From: Octopus sinensis
Taxonomy: Eukaryota
Length of the DNA: 64,000 nt
Assembly: GCF_006345805.1 (NCBI RefSeq)
Contig: NC_043000.1
Location: 56,420,001 to 56,484,000 of the forward strand
Reading direction: 5' to 3'
Shown here piece by piece: positions 53,113 to 64,000 of the stretch. A model generated the notes under the pieces. It had not been told where the DNA came from. It was given only the letters and a program-made list of their open reading frames with translations, and ran no database searches. How positions within the stretch are numbered: position 1 is the first letter of the stretch; each line of letters starts with the position of its first letter. The translations under genes and the position numbers were made by a program.

Positions 53113-54059
53113 AAACGAGGGAAATAAATGAGACATTTATACATACCCACAGAAAAACAAACAAAGCTGCAATTATACATAAATACCACAGATATATCAA
53201 ATTTCATGGTCTACTTTAACACGTGTATTTCGTCAGAGTAGTATGGAAGTAACTAAACTGTCCCAAAGTGAATGGAAAATATTCAATTATAATAATAAAA
53301 GATAAAATCATCAAAAATTTTATCAGTGGCCAGCATATAAAATATAATTGAATACTGAGTGGCTAATCAACCCAATGTCCTTAGTTCAAAAGCAGCTGAG
53401 AAGATGGTCAGTCAGTGAGACACCTAGAGGTTTCTTGAAGCAACATGTAGTAAGCGTTTCATATTTTCTTTAGTGGTACATTTAACTCTTATTCTTCCCA
53501 GCTATTTAATAAATATAGACATAAAGTCATAGCACTAATTACCTGTTGAGTTATTGTGCACTCCAATATGTAGGAGAACTAAAGTTGTACTGATTAACAA
53601 CATTTGTATCTTTCCTCCACCTCTGCATCCTCTCCTCTCTCTCCTTATTTATATACATACATACATACATATATATATATATATTATATATATATATATA
53701 TCTATATATATATATATATATGAGACACTATCACTTACATGCCATACACACATACATTCATGTGATTTGATTTAGAGTAGGAATATCACGTTCAGTAGTG
53801 AATTAGCCTTAAAATCAGTCATTATTATCAGGGAATAGGAAGGCAGGTATTAGAAAAAAATTACAATATCAAAAAAAAAATTTGCATTGAAACATCAGGT
53901 GATCAAACGAAGAGTGAGCTAATCTGAAGGAAAAAAATTTGCAACGAAATAGGGAAATCACCAAGTACAAATAAAGTAATTATTTTGATTGATTTGTAAG
54001 TTCATGTATGTACAACCATACATACATACATGGTGTGTGTGTATATATATATATATATA

Positions 54060-54176
<117 letters not shown>

Positions 54177-54479
54177 TTATGTATGATTGTACATGCATGA
54201 ACTTACAAATCAATCAAAATAATTACATATATATATGTATACACACACATATATATATATATACATATATGCACATACACATACACACACACATACCGAT
54301 ATAAATATATACATAGGTATTCATACACATACACCTAATCATAAGAAGTGCATCCACAATTGAAATAAAGGAGTCACTAGAAGCAATATATAGAGCATAT
54401 AATAGAAATATTTTTTTTTATTATTCCAACAATTTCCAAAGCATTCTGGCTACTTGGCCTTTTCAAAATAGACCACCTA

Positions 54480-54860
54480 CTCATTCAGGTGAACACGGGA
54501 GCAAAAGCTATCTAGTTTTCACCTGTAGACTTGATGGAAAGAATGAAGGTGAATCTAGAGAAGGAAAATATGAAAGCTGAAAGATCTCTTGCCAAGATTT
54601 AGGTTCAATGACAAGAAGGAGATAGAGACTTATAACAGAAAATAATAGAGTTTCTCCAAGACAATTCTTTGAGAGACACAGACCAAATCTGTAAATGGTT
54701 CAAGGTTCCAACCAGATGGAAGGTGATATGGTGATGGAAAGATACACTAGAGAGAGGTTTAAAAGCTAAGCGAGATGCCAAGAAAGATTGGAGTTTAAGA
54801 CTGGTTATCCACTGCAACTACTCTATGCAAATGACTTATTGGGTGAAAGAGTGGAAATAT
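54480..54860 (+). pseudogene. Decayed RTE-type reverse transcriptase fragment
   Basis: FKTGYPLQLLYANDL resembles the RTE P.ELLYADDL catalytic motif. The surrounding frames are broken. Confidence 0.45.
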
Positions 54861-55263
54861 AAATAATATAAAAACATTTTCCAACTGCAGTTATGTACAT
54901 TTATCATGTACAAACAACCTATTGTGAGAAAATATGGAAATATAATGTAAAGTGATATTTTTTAATAACTACAGTCGTGTATAATTTCCACAGCCTTAAA
55001 CTGATATCAATGAATATATTGTATTAATTTCCCTATACAGGTATTACCTATGCTACAGAAACATTGTATTCCTACAAATGTCATTCATTGATTTTTATAC
55101 AGCATGGAAATCAATGCAAAATAGGTTTCACATAATAGAATTCCATATCACACTAAGACTTCTAGGAAAGAAATGCTTCCATAACATCATGAAGGTGTAG
55201 TATCTTGTTTGTTTTTATTTTTTTTTTTTACACCCAGGTTTTGTGGTCTATAGAACAATTATA

Positions 55264-55571
55264 GTGGAGGCGCAATAGCCCAGTGGTTAGGGCAGTGGAC
55301 TTGCAGACGGAGGATCATGGTTTCAATTCCCAGACCAGGCGATGCATGTGTTTATTGAGTGAAAACACCTAAAGCTCCACGAGGCTCCGGCAGGGGGTGG
55401 TGGCAACCCCTGTTGTACTTTTTTGCCCCAACTTTCTCTCACCCTTTCTTCCTATTTCTTGAGTAACGCTGTGATGGACTGGCGTCCCGTCCAGCTGGGA
55501 GGAACACATACACCATAGAAACTGGGAAACCGGGCCCATGAGCCTGGTTAGGTTTAGAAAGGGCATATAAA
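55264..55571 (+). mobile_element. SINE family C with TSD AGAACAATTATA
   Basis: A/B-box head and a 12-bp direct repeat at both ends. Confidence 0.85.
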
Positions 55572-55667
55572 AGAACAATTATAAAGTCTTTGCATGATTT
55601 TAAATTTGTATGATTTTGGTTCTTTATATGATAGAATTCATCTGTGGGGAAGATAAGTGAGACACTC

Positions 55668-56245
55668 TTATCTTTTACTTGTTCCAGTCACTAGACTGGA
55701 GCACCACCTAGAAGAACTTTTAGTCAAATGTATCGACCTCAGTACTAATTTTTCTTTTCTCTCTTAAGCCTGGCACTTATTCTATCAGTCTCTTTTACTG
55801 AGCCAGGGATGTAAACACAGCATCACTCATTGTCAAGTGGTACATGGGAAGGGGAAGATACAGACACACACACACAAGGGGGTGCTGGAAAATTCCTGGT
55901 TTTGGGTAAAAAAAAATACAGGAGGATCAATTAGTTATTGATTTGATTCAACATAATCCCTTCTCAGATTCACACACTTATTGTAGTGGTCCTTCATTTT
56001 TCTAAACCCTGTCAAAGAACTCAGAAGGTTCGGCCTCCAACTAGGCCTTTCGAGATACCCTTAAAGCAGCAACCCCTTGTATATACAATGAGCTTCTTTC
56101 AGTTTCTGTATGCCAAATCCACACACAAAGCTTTGGTCAGCCTGAGGCTAGAGTAGAAGACACTTGTTCAAGGTGTCATATAGTGGGACTGAACCCAGAA
56201 CCATGTGGTTGGTAAGCAAACTTCTTACCATATAGCCAAACCTGC
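55668..56245 (-). mobile_element. SINE family A carrying a mariner-type MITE (55875-56080) in its central microsatellite
   Basis: SINE tail and head flank a segment homologous to 33540-33726, with ACAAGGGGGTGCTG / CAGCAACCCCTTGT ends. Confidence 0.75.
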
Positions 56246-56650
56246 TTTATATATTTTTTAAATAAATCCACAAACCAAGATGTGATTCTGAAATTTTGGA
56301 AATATATTGTGCAGCAGATTTTCAGTAATTATACCCTAAATCAAATTAGACATCTTATCCAGCATGTTATCTGTAAAATGTTTATTTACTTGAATTAACA
56401 GTAGCTTTAGCATATACTCATGAAATAAAGTGGAAGTAATAATTAATTTCTTTTTAAATTAATAAACAATTATGAGAAATCCTTTGATTGGTAATGACAA
56501 AATAGATGCAATAGGCTTGTAAATGTACTTTAAAGATTAACTCCATCATATACTGAATAAAAAATTGGAAAAATTTCCAATTTAAAATTGTTCAAGGACT
56601 TTAAATTGATGCTGAATATTTCTACTCCCATGTTGATGATTATGTTACCA

Positions 56651-56732
56651 TCAAGGCAAGATTCTTGGCATTTTCACATCAGATATCCAATCCTTGTGTC
56701 CAAAATAATTAACACGAATGGCAAAATGTAAA
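56651..56732 (-). CDS. Candidate terminal coding exon of an unidentified host gene (xLHFAIRVNYFGHKDWISDVKMPRILP*)
   Basis: Strong acceptor TTCTTCTTTTAAAATTTCAG. The phase-2 start matches the exon at 60921-61007. AATAAA lies ~260 nt downstream. Confidence 0.42.
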
Positions 56733-57229
56733 CTGAAATTTTAAAAGAAGAATTAAATAAAAATGGTGAAGCTTTATACATAGATTTAAATAAGTTAATC
56801 ATGCCATAATATCACCACAGTTCATTGGAATTAATTTCAGTTTTTTCTAGGAGTCTTCTTTCTTTCATTTAACATTTTCCTCCCATTTGTTTTTCAATTT
56901 CCCATACAGTCCTTTCTGTTTGTTTTTTAATAACTTTTTTCTCTTCACACTTCATGTAAGGACTGTTGGGAAAATAAATGCATTTTTCAAGCTGAAGAGA
57001 TTATTTAAACAATTGAGTTGTGAGTGAGTAACCATATCTGAAAACAGCTTAGAAACAGCAATCGTATTTATTTATTTACTTTATTTATTTATTTATCTAT
57101 TTAGAGAGGTGGTTAAGTTTCTTTTTCAATTTCCATTTTTTTTACCTCCTCCTTTCTTTTCCTGTGAATGTATTGGTTGACTAAGCTTGCTACTACTACT
57201 ACTACTACTACTACTACTAATTATTATTA

Positions 57230-57260
<31 letters not shown>

Positions 57261-57447
57261 GTTGTTGTTGTTGCTGTTATTATTATTCTACTACTACTAC
57301 TACATCAGCAATTTTAAGCTGTAACTGTTTCCACAAGCCAATAATAAACAATATGTCCAACAAGAAGAATATCTCCTGCTGTGATCTTGCATTATATCCT
57401 GAAATACTTGATTCACATACTGAGATGCCACATTATCTTATGAGGAA

Positions 57448-57485
<38 letters not shown>

Positions 57486-58210
57486 GAGACAGACATAGGA
57501 AGAGAGAAAGAGAGACTGAGAGTGAAAGACAGAAAGAGAGAGAGAGAGAGAGTCATTCAGAACATATGAATGAGCTACATTTAAAGTGATAGGGAAAATA
57601 CTGTAAAACAGCAACCTGCTTCTTTTACACCACAGCAGAGATAGCTGGTTGATAATGTATATTGGTCTTGTAATGCTACTAAAAGTGTTTACAATGACAA
57701 ACTTTTCTCCTTAACGCTGGTCTCTTTCTTCAGAATATACTTCTGAATACAGACTTTTCATTTCCATTCCGACAATGGATTCTTTCAAAACAAATTCTTT
57801 TCAGTCTGTTGTTTTGTTGTCGCAGGTACATTCTAGAAGGTGTCCCATTTAAAGACAGTGTTTAAAAGGTGCGCTATGCTCAAAAGTCTGATTGAATTGT
57901 GGGACACATGGTGGTTTAGCTTGTTTCTTCCTTTTCTGATATGTGTAAGAAATAAGTATTAGTTCGAACACTAAACCATTCATTCCAAGGATAAATGCAA
58001 ATATTTTATGCATCTTGCATATTTCTAGAGCCTAAACAGCATTCATGATGTATAATATTATCAGAGATGTATAAAGGGTCGATGAAATGAGTATACCACT
58101 TGAAGATGGTGCTCAGTTTTAATATGGTTGTGTAATTAAGAAATTCACGATTCATTCATGATGTATAATATTATCAGAGGTGTATAAAGAGTCAGTGAAA
58201 AGAGCATACC

Positions 58211-58442
58211 TATTTCTTTACTACCTATAAGGGGCTAAACACAGAAGGGACAAACAAGTACAGACAAACAGATTAAGTTGATTATATCGACCCCAGTGTG
58301 TAACTGGTACTTATTTAATCAACCCCGAAAGGATGAAAGGCAAAGTCGACCTCGGCAGAATTTGAACTCAGAACGTAACGGCAGGCGAAATACCGCAAAG
58401 CATTTCGCCAGCGTGCTAACGATTCTGCCAGCTCACTGCCTT
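58211..58442 (-). mobile_element. SINE family B, near full length
   Basis: Collinear with 61124-61357. Confidence 0.88.
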
Positions 58443-58698
58443 ATTCATGATTCATTCATGATGTGTAACATTATCAGAGATGTATAAAGAGCCGGTGAAA
58501 AGAGCATACCACTTGAAGATGGGGCTCAGCTTTAATATGGTTGTGTAATTAAGAAATTCACTTTGGAACTACATGGTTTCAGGTTCAATCTCATTACACT
58601 GCACTTCAGATAAATACTTTTTACAATAGCCACAAACCAACCAAACTTTGTGAGAGTGAATTTGGTAGACAGAAACTGAAAGAAGCTCAACATGTGTA

Positions 58699-58756
<58 letters not shown>

Positions 58757-59021
58757 TATGTGCATACATATATGTATATGTGTGTTTGTCTCTGTAGCAC
58801 TTTATTTTGACATTGTGCTCTGAAATGAGGTCACCATTCATAGTAAAATGGTGCTGTTTAGCTGCAGTCTTCTATGAAAATACATCCCGTCATTGATCTG
58901 TTTGTATTCAAAAGACTAGAAGATATATTACCTCACCTATGAGAAACAGGTGAGAATTGATGACAAGGAAAGCATTCAATTGCAGGACTTTGTCTTTAAG
59001 AATTTCATCTGTGACCCCCAT

Positions 59022-59320
59022 GTAAGCACATGGCCTAGTGGTTTAAGCAGTGGACTCGCAGTCGAGGGGTCATGGGTTTGAATCTCAGACCAGGTGATGT
59101 GTGTGTTTATGAGCAAAACACCTAAGCTCCACGCGGCTCCAGCAGAGGGTAATGGCGAACTTCTGCTGCCTCTTTCGCCAAAACTTTCTCTCACACTTTC
59201 CTCCTGCATCTTGCAGCTCACCTGCGATGGACTAGTGTCCCATCCAGGTGGGGAACCTATACGCCAAGGAAACCAGGAAACTGGCCTTATGAGCCAGGCA
59301 TGGCTCGAGAAGGAACAAAC
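59022..59320 (+). mobile_element. SINE family C with TSD CCCATGTAAGCA
   Basis: Homologous to 40727-41033. Confidence 0.85.
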
Positions 59321-60101
59321 CCATGTAAGCATGAAAAGGTGAACATTAAAATGATGATGATTTATGATGGTGATGGTGGTGGCAGTAGTGGCAGTGGTGG
59401 TGATGATGATGATGATGATGATATCAATGACAGTGACATAAATTCACTTAGCCTGCTATGTAGGAGTGTATGTGTCTTTTAATTCTTTGGATTACAGAAG
59501 CATTGCTGAAGACTGCTGTTGTTGTTTTCCTAGCTGTTTAGCCACCAGTCACTTGAACCTTGACCAAACCTATTTATGACTGAAAGATATTCCATCCTTG
59601 ACCAGAACTTCTTTTCACAGTTATGTAGATGAACTACATTATCTAATCTATGCTTTCCTTTTTTTTTTTAAGCCAGTATGCAGGCACTAACTTGAAAGAG
59701 ATCTGGTTACTATTTCTAGCAAGCTGAGTGTGACTGGACCATGTAGAAGCACCCTGGTTGGCCTGTCATCTTAACATAGCATACATAATGCAAATCAGCA
59801 TGTCAGAGCTGAAATGTAGCACAAAAGAAACAACACAAATGCTTCAGGAGAGTTGACCAAAGGTAAGAAAAGCAGCTACAAAACACAAATATAAACTACA
59901 ATTACATCAAGTCATATTATAATAATACAATTCTCCATTTCTCAAAAAAAAAAAAAAATCACTCAACATATGTGTCAATACAGAGGCCACAGCCTGTCAT
60001 ACCATACAGAAGATATTACTAAATAGATGTTGCCATAGAGACACATACAAGTGGAAAAGCGTAAAGTTAATGTTGGGAGAATTAATAACCTTCGCATGTA
60101 T

Positions 60102-60313
60102 TTCTTCTTCTTCTCCTTCTTCTTTTTCTTCTTCTTCTTCTTCTCCTTCTTCTTCTTCTTCTTCTTCTTCTTCTCTTCTTCTTCTTCTTCTTCTTCTTCT
60201 TCTTCTTCTTCTTCTTTTTCTTCTTCTTCTTCTTTCTCTTTTATTTCTTCTCCTTATGTACAGTACATCGTTACTGTCTTTCTTCATATTTCCTCTCATA
60301 TATTATTCGTTAA

Positions 60314-60351
<38 letters not shown>
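60102..60351. repeat. (TTC)n and (TTA)n microsatellites
   Basis: Direct inspection. These repeats produce the poly-R/E/S/F ORFs in the track. Confidence 0.95.
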
Positions 60352-60352
<1 letters not shown>

Positions 60353-60920
60353 CTTCCTTCCCTCCTCTAAACTGTACTGTTATTTTTCTTTTTTTTTTCT
60401 TTTTCTTCTAATTGTCTGATTCTTCTCATTGTGTTCTTTATCTTCTTCCTCTTCTTTATATTCTCACACTCACCTTTTCTTACATTTCCAAACAGAAGAA
60501 TAAAAAAAAAAAAAAATGAGTACGGAAAACAAACCAAAAACAAAAACAAAAACAAAAACAAAAAACAAGAAAATGGAGGTAAAGAAACTTGTATAAGCCA
60601 ATAGATTTTGTGGGGTTGTAAGGGTAAAACCATGAGATTATAGAAGCTGACGCTACAACATTACCCTCCACCCTCCACAATAAACACAAACACTTTGTCC
60701 TTTAATAAATATTGCAGCTTTTATTATACTTTTTTTAAACATCAGTTTGGTTGCACATGCGAAGTATTACAACGGTATACACATAAATATTGATTTTTCT
60801 CTTCCAGCAACTTTCTGGATTGATTCCAGTTAATAGACTTCTCACTGCAAGAACTTTGCTTTTATTATGGTGAACTATATAATGCCTTTCGGCAATAAGG
60901 TGTCCTTAAAATGGTCTTAC

Positions 60921-61007
60921 CTTATGCAGTCAAAATAAGCAAGAATTAATTGAAACATCATATGACAGACCAAGTCTGCTATAGCATCTATATTTTTTTT
61001 TTCAAAG
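60921..61007 (-). CDS. Candidate internal coding exon (xFEKKNIDAIADLVCHMMFQLILAYFDCIx), 87 nt, phase 2/2
   Basis: Acceptor TCTTACTCCTCCCTGCTATTTTAG, donor AAG|GTAAGA, open frame. Confidence 0.45.
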
Positions 61008-61123
61008 CTAAAATAGCAGGGAGGAGTAAGATTTTATTTTCGAAAAATCTGTGTGTGTGTCTGTGTGTGTGTGGGGGGGGGGTGCCTGTGTGTGTATGCA
61101 TGATTGCATGCATGTATATATAA

Positions 61124-61357
61124 AAGGGTGGTGAGCTGGCAGAAACGTTAGCATGCCGGGCGAAATGTTTAGCCGTATTTCGTCTGCCGTTATGTTCTGA
61201 GTTCAAATTCCACCGAGGTCGACTTTGCCTTTCATCCTTTCGGTGTTGATAAATTAAGTACCAGTTATGCACTGGGATCGATGTAATCAACTTAATCCCT
61301 TTGTCTGTCCTTGTTTGTCCCCTCTGTGTTTGGCCCCTTGTGAGTAGCAAAGAAATA
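61124..61357 (+). mobile_element. SINE family B, full length
   Basis: GGTGAGCTGGCAGAAACGTTAGC (A box), GAGTTCAAATTCC (B box), conserved core and AAAGAAATA tail. Confidence 0.9.
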
Positions 61358-61379
61358 TATATATATAGGCATGTAAAAA

Positions 61380-61695
61380 GCACCATTGAAATGTTGGGCC
61401 TCACAGAGACAGTGACATGCGACTGAAACCTTTCTTCAGTAATATACCAAGCTTGAGAAAAACTGTCAAGCCAAGTGAAGTCATAGTTGTGGCTGATACC
61501 AGTGTTATGTAACTGACACCTGTGCTGGTGGCACATAAAATGCATCCACTACACTCTTGGAGTGGTTGGCATTAAGAAGGGCATCCAGCCATAGAAACCA
61601 TATCAAATCAGACGGAACCTGGTGCAGCTCACCAGTTTTCACTCAAACTGTCCAACCAATGCCAACATGGAAAATGGACGTTAAATGATGATGAT
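61380..61695 (+). mobile_element. RTE-type 3' end with (GAT)n tail
   Basis: GGAGTGGTTGGCATTAAGAAGGGCATCCAGCC...GGAAAATGGACGTTAAATGATGATG. Confidence 0.7.
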
Positions 61696-61723
61696 ATATA
61701 TATATATACGTATGTATGTATGC

Positions 61724-61794
<71 letters not shown>

Positions 61795-61904
61795 CACGCC
61801 AGCTTAATTTAATTCATCCTTAGTCGAAAGACACCTGTTGTTATGTCCTGTTGTCTAGATTTGTGTAACACTTCTGTTTTTTTATTCCATCTTTGTTTTA
61901 TATA

Positions 61905-62150
61905 CTTTCGCTGCATTCTTCCAAGGAATGTAATGTTCTTAGCTTATTTTTCCCTGGGGCTGGCCAGATTGGAGCAATCTCGAGTATAACCAGCTGAAAT
62001 TGCAAAGATAATCTGGAACTTGACTGAGGATTGAAAACTCCGAATGATCTGTCCTTTGTTTTCCTTGTATCATCTCTAGATATTTTGTTTTCCTTTTTTT
62101 TGTTTCACCTAACTGTTTGGATGTTTTGCGTTCTTGTCCCATCTTTGCAT
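61905..62150 (+). repeat. Unclassified interspersed repeat, related to 63215-63636
   Basis: Shared GGCTGGCCA.ATTGGAGCA.TCTC.AG...CAGC.GAAATTGC.AAGAT.ATCTGG..CTTGACTGA.GA. Confidence 0.6.
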
Positions 62151-62610
62151 TATATATATATAAGTTCAGTAAAAATTTAGATTCAGTTGAATATGGTACT
62201 TGAGTTAAAGGCACCAGAATTTAGTATGGTATTATCCATATAATTCAAAATGGGGTGATTATAATCAAAATAAGCAACAAGGATATCCAGATATCCATAT
62301 ATATATATATTTACAGTACATAGATTAAAGACAGATAAAGCCAGTCTATGGGATTACCCTAAACCTGTTGGCCTGTAACCTCTCTAGCAAATTAATAGAA
62401 ATATTTTTATGACATCTGTGTTGGTGTTATTGGTGGCCATCCTGTATCTGCTATCAGCGGCAGCCTTGTGTAGTGGTGGGTTTAGTTCCAGGCTTGTGTT
62501 TGTAGCTAGGTTAGCTGCTGGACAATTTTTTGTGTCAAGCACAAAAAATGTTGTTCAACTGCATCCCCTTTGATATCTGGGTAAAGCTGGCCATTTGTTG
62601 AGCCATCAAC

Positions 62611-62652
<42 letters not shown>

Positions 62653-62681
62653 ATTTGTAGAAATACATAAATCTGGAGAAG

Positions 62682-63090
62682 TACTCTTTTACTCGTTTAC
62701 TTGTTTCAGTCATTTGACTGTGGCCATGCTGGAGCACCGCCTTTAATCGAGCAACTCGACCCCGGGACTTATTCTTTTGTAATCCCAGTACATATTCTAT
62801 CGGTCTCTTTTGCCGAACCGCTAAGTAACGGGAACATAAACACACCAGCATCGGTTGTCAAGCAATGCGAGGGGGGAAAAACACAGACACACAAACACAC
62901 ACACGCATATATATATATACATATATATGACAGGCTTCTTTCAGTTTCCGTCTACCAAATCCACTCACAAGGCTTTGGTCAGCCCGAGGCTATAGTAAAA
63001 GACACTTGCCCAAGGTGCCATGCAGTGGGACTGAACCCGGAACCATGTAGTTGGTAAGCAAGCTACTTACCACACAGCCACTCCTGCGCC
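62682..63090 (-). mobile_element. SINE family A, full-length and young
   Basis: CpGs retained. tRNA-like head, central (AT/AC)n and (GAGTAAAA)n tail. Confidence 0.92.
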
Positions 63091-63171
63091 TATATATATA
63101 CTCATATATATATATACATACACGCATATACACATACACACACACACACACATATATACACATATACACGC

Positions 63172-63214
<43 letters not shown>

Positions 63215-63216
<2 letters not shown>

Positions 63217-63636
63217 CACAACTTCACAAGCCAGCCCCATACTCAAACTCGTCCTGTCGAAAGACCCTTGTCCTACGTCCTGGTTTTGTTTTGTTGTTTA
63301 TTTTTTATTTTTTATTTTTACCGTTATTGTTTTTACGTTTTGTATTCTTATTGGTGTCACGTATTCTGTATTTTGTTTGTGTACTCGTTCGTTTTCCGTC
63401 CTTTCGTTGTATACATTCGAAGCTTTCTTCCAGGGGATCTAATGCGCTTGGCTTAGATTTCCCTTGGCGGGCTGGCCATATTGGAGCATCTCAAGATTAA
63501 TCAGCCGAAATTGCTAAGATGATCTGGTTCTTGACTGATGACTGAGGGCTTCGAATGTCCCGTCCTGTGTTCTTGTGTCGTCTCTGTGGTGTTTCATGTT
63601 CTTGTCCATGTCTGTAATTATTTTTACTGTTTACCT
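63215..63636 (+). repeat. Unclassified CpG-retaining interspersed repeat between two (AT)n tracts
   Basis: Partly homologous to 61905-62150 and flanked by (AT)n on both sides. Confidence 0.6.
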
Positions 63637-64000
63637 ATATATATATATATATATATATATAGCAGTGTCATCTATAAATCAGCTAGTTTTTTTTTTCATT
63701 CCATGCAGGTTTTTACCTACAATTACTCATGCTAGCTTCAGGTTTTCTGACATTTGCATTTTCATTAACACGTAAAAAAAGAAGTAAATACGAAGCTATG
63801 GAATTAATAAAATTCGCTCAGGTGATTTAAAGAAAAATAGTTTATCACATTTCCATGATAAGAGCTAACAAAGAAAATTAAGAAAATTACCACCTTCAGA
63901 ACAATAATCCAGTTTTAACGTTATTTGAGAGACATCACTGTCTAACAGACCAGCCAATGTCGAAAAGAAATTATCGTATGTCTTTTAATTTTAAGTCATT

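Noticed and set aside
57827-57950. Plus-strand segment with good acceptor and donor sites
   Set aside because: It has stops in all three frames. It could be a non-coding exon, but nothing in the sequence supports that.

Overview
This 64-kb window is AT-rich, microsatellite-saturated animal genomic DNA. The SINE, MITE and LINE repertoire looks like an octopus (coleoid cephalopod) genome; that assignment is inferred from recognised repeat families, not from a database search. Almost all ORFs in the supplied track are microsatellite translations. Real coding signal is limited to decayed transposon proteins: a piggyBac transposase with TTAA TSDs and TIRs, a cecropia-type mariner, an internally deleted Tc1/mariner, an R4/Dong-type retroelement sitting in (TAA)n, a Penelope GIY-YIG fragment and RTE LINE ends. 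A few candidate host exons lie near the right end. The most notable signal is a set of non-coding elements carrying type I hammerhead ribozyme (HHR) motifs with short palindromic stem III. Two have canonical cores: a 1.25-kb inverted-plus-tandem element at 23.8-25.1 kb with three HHR copies and a 516-nt cleavage-to-cleavage monomer, and a 194-bp-arm fold-back at 35.8-36.2 kb with two HHR copies. Variant or degenerate HHR motifs occur at 53.1 kb, in a tRNA-headed SINE-like element at 17.0 kb, and in the Penelope fragment at 39.6 kb. The 23.8, 35.6 and 39.4 kb elements lie in (AT)n tracts and have a 5' inversion. The 17 kb element also has a short 5' inversion. Together these suggest a retrozyme-like, Penelope-mobilised family set in a cephalopod. 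No rRNA, intact tRNA gene or CRISPR array was seen.
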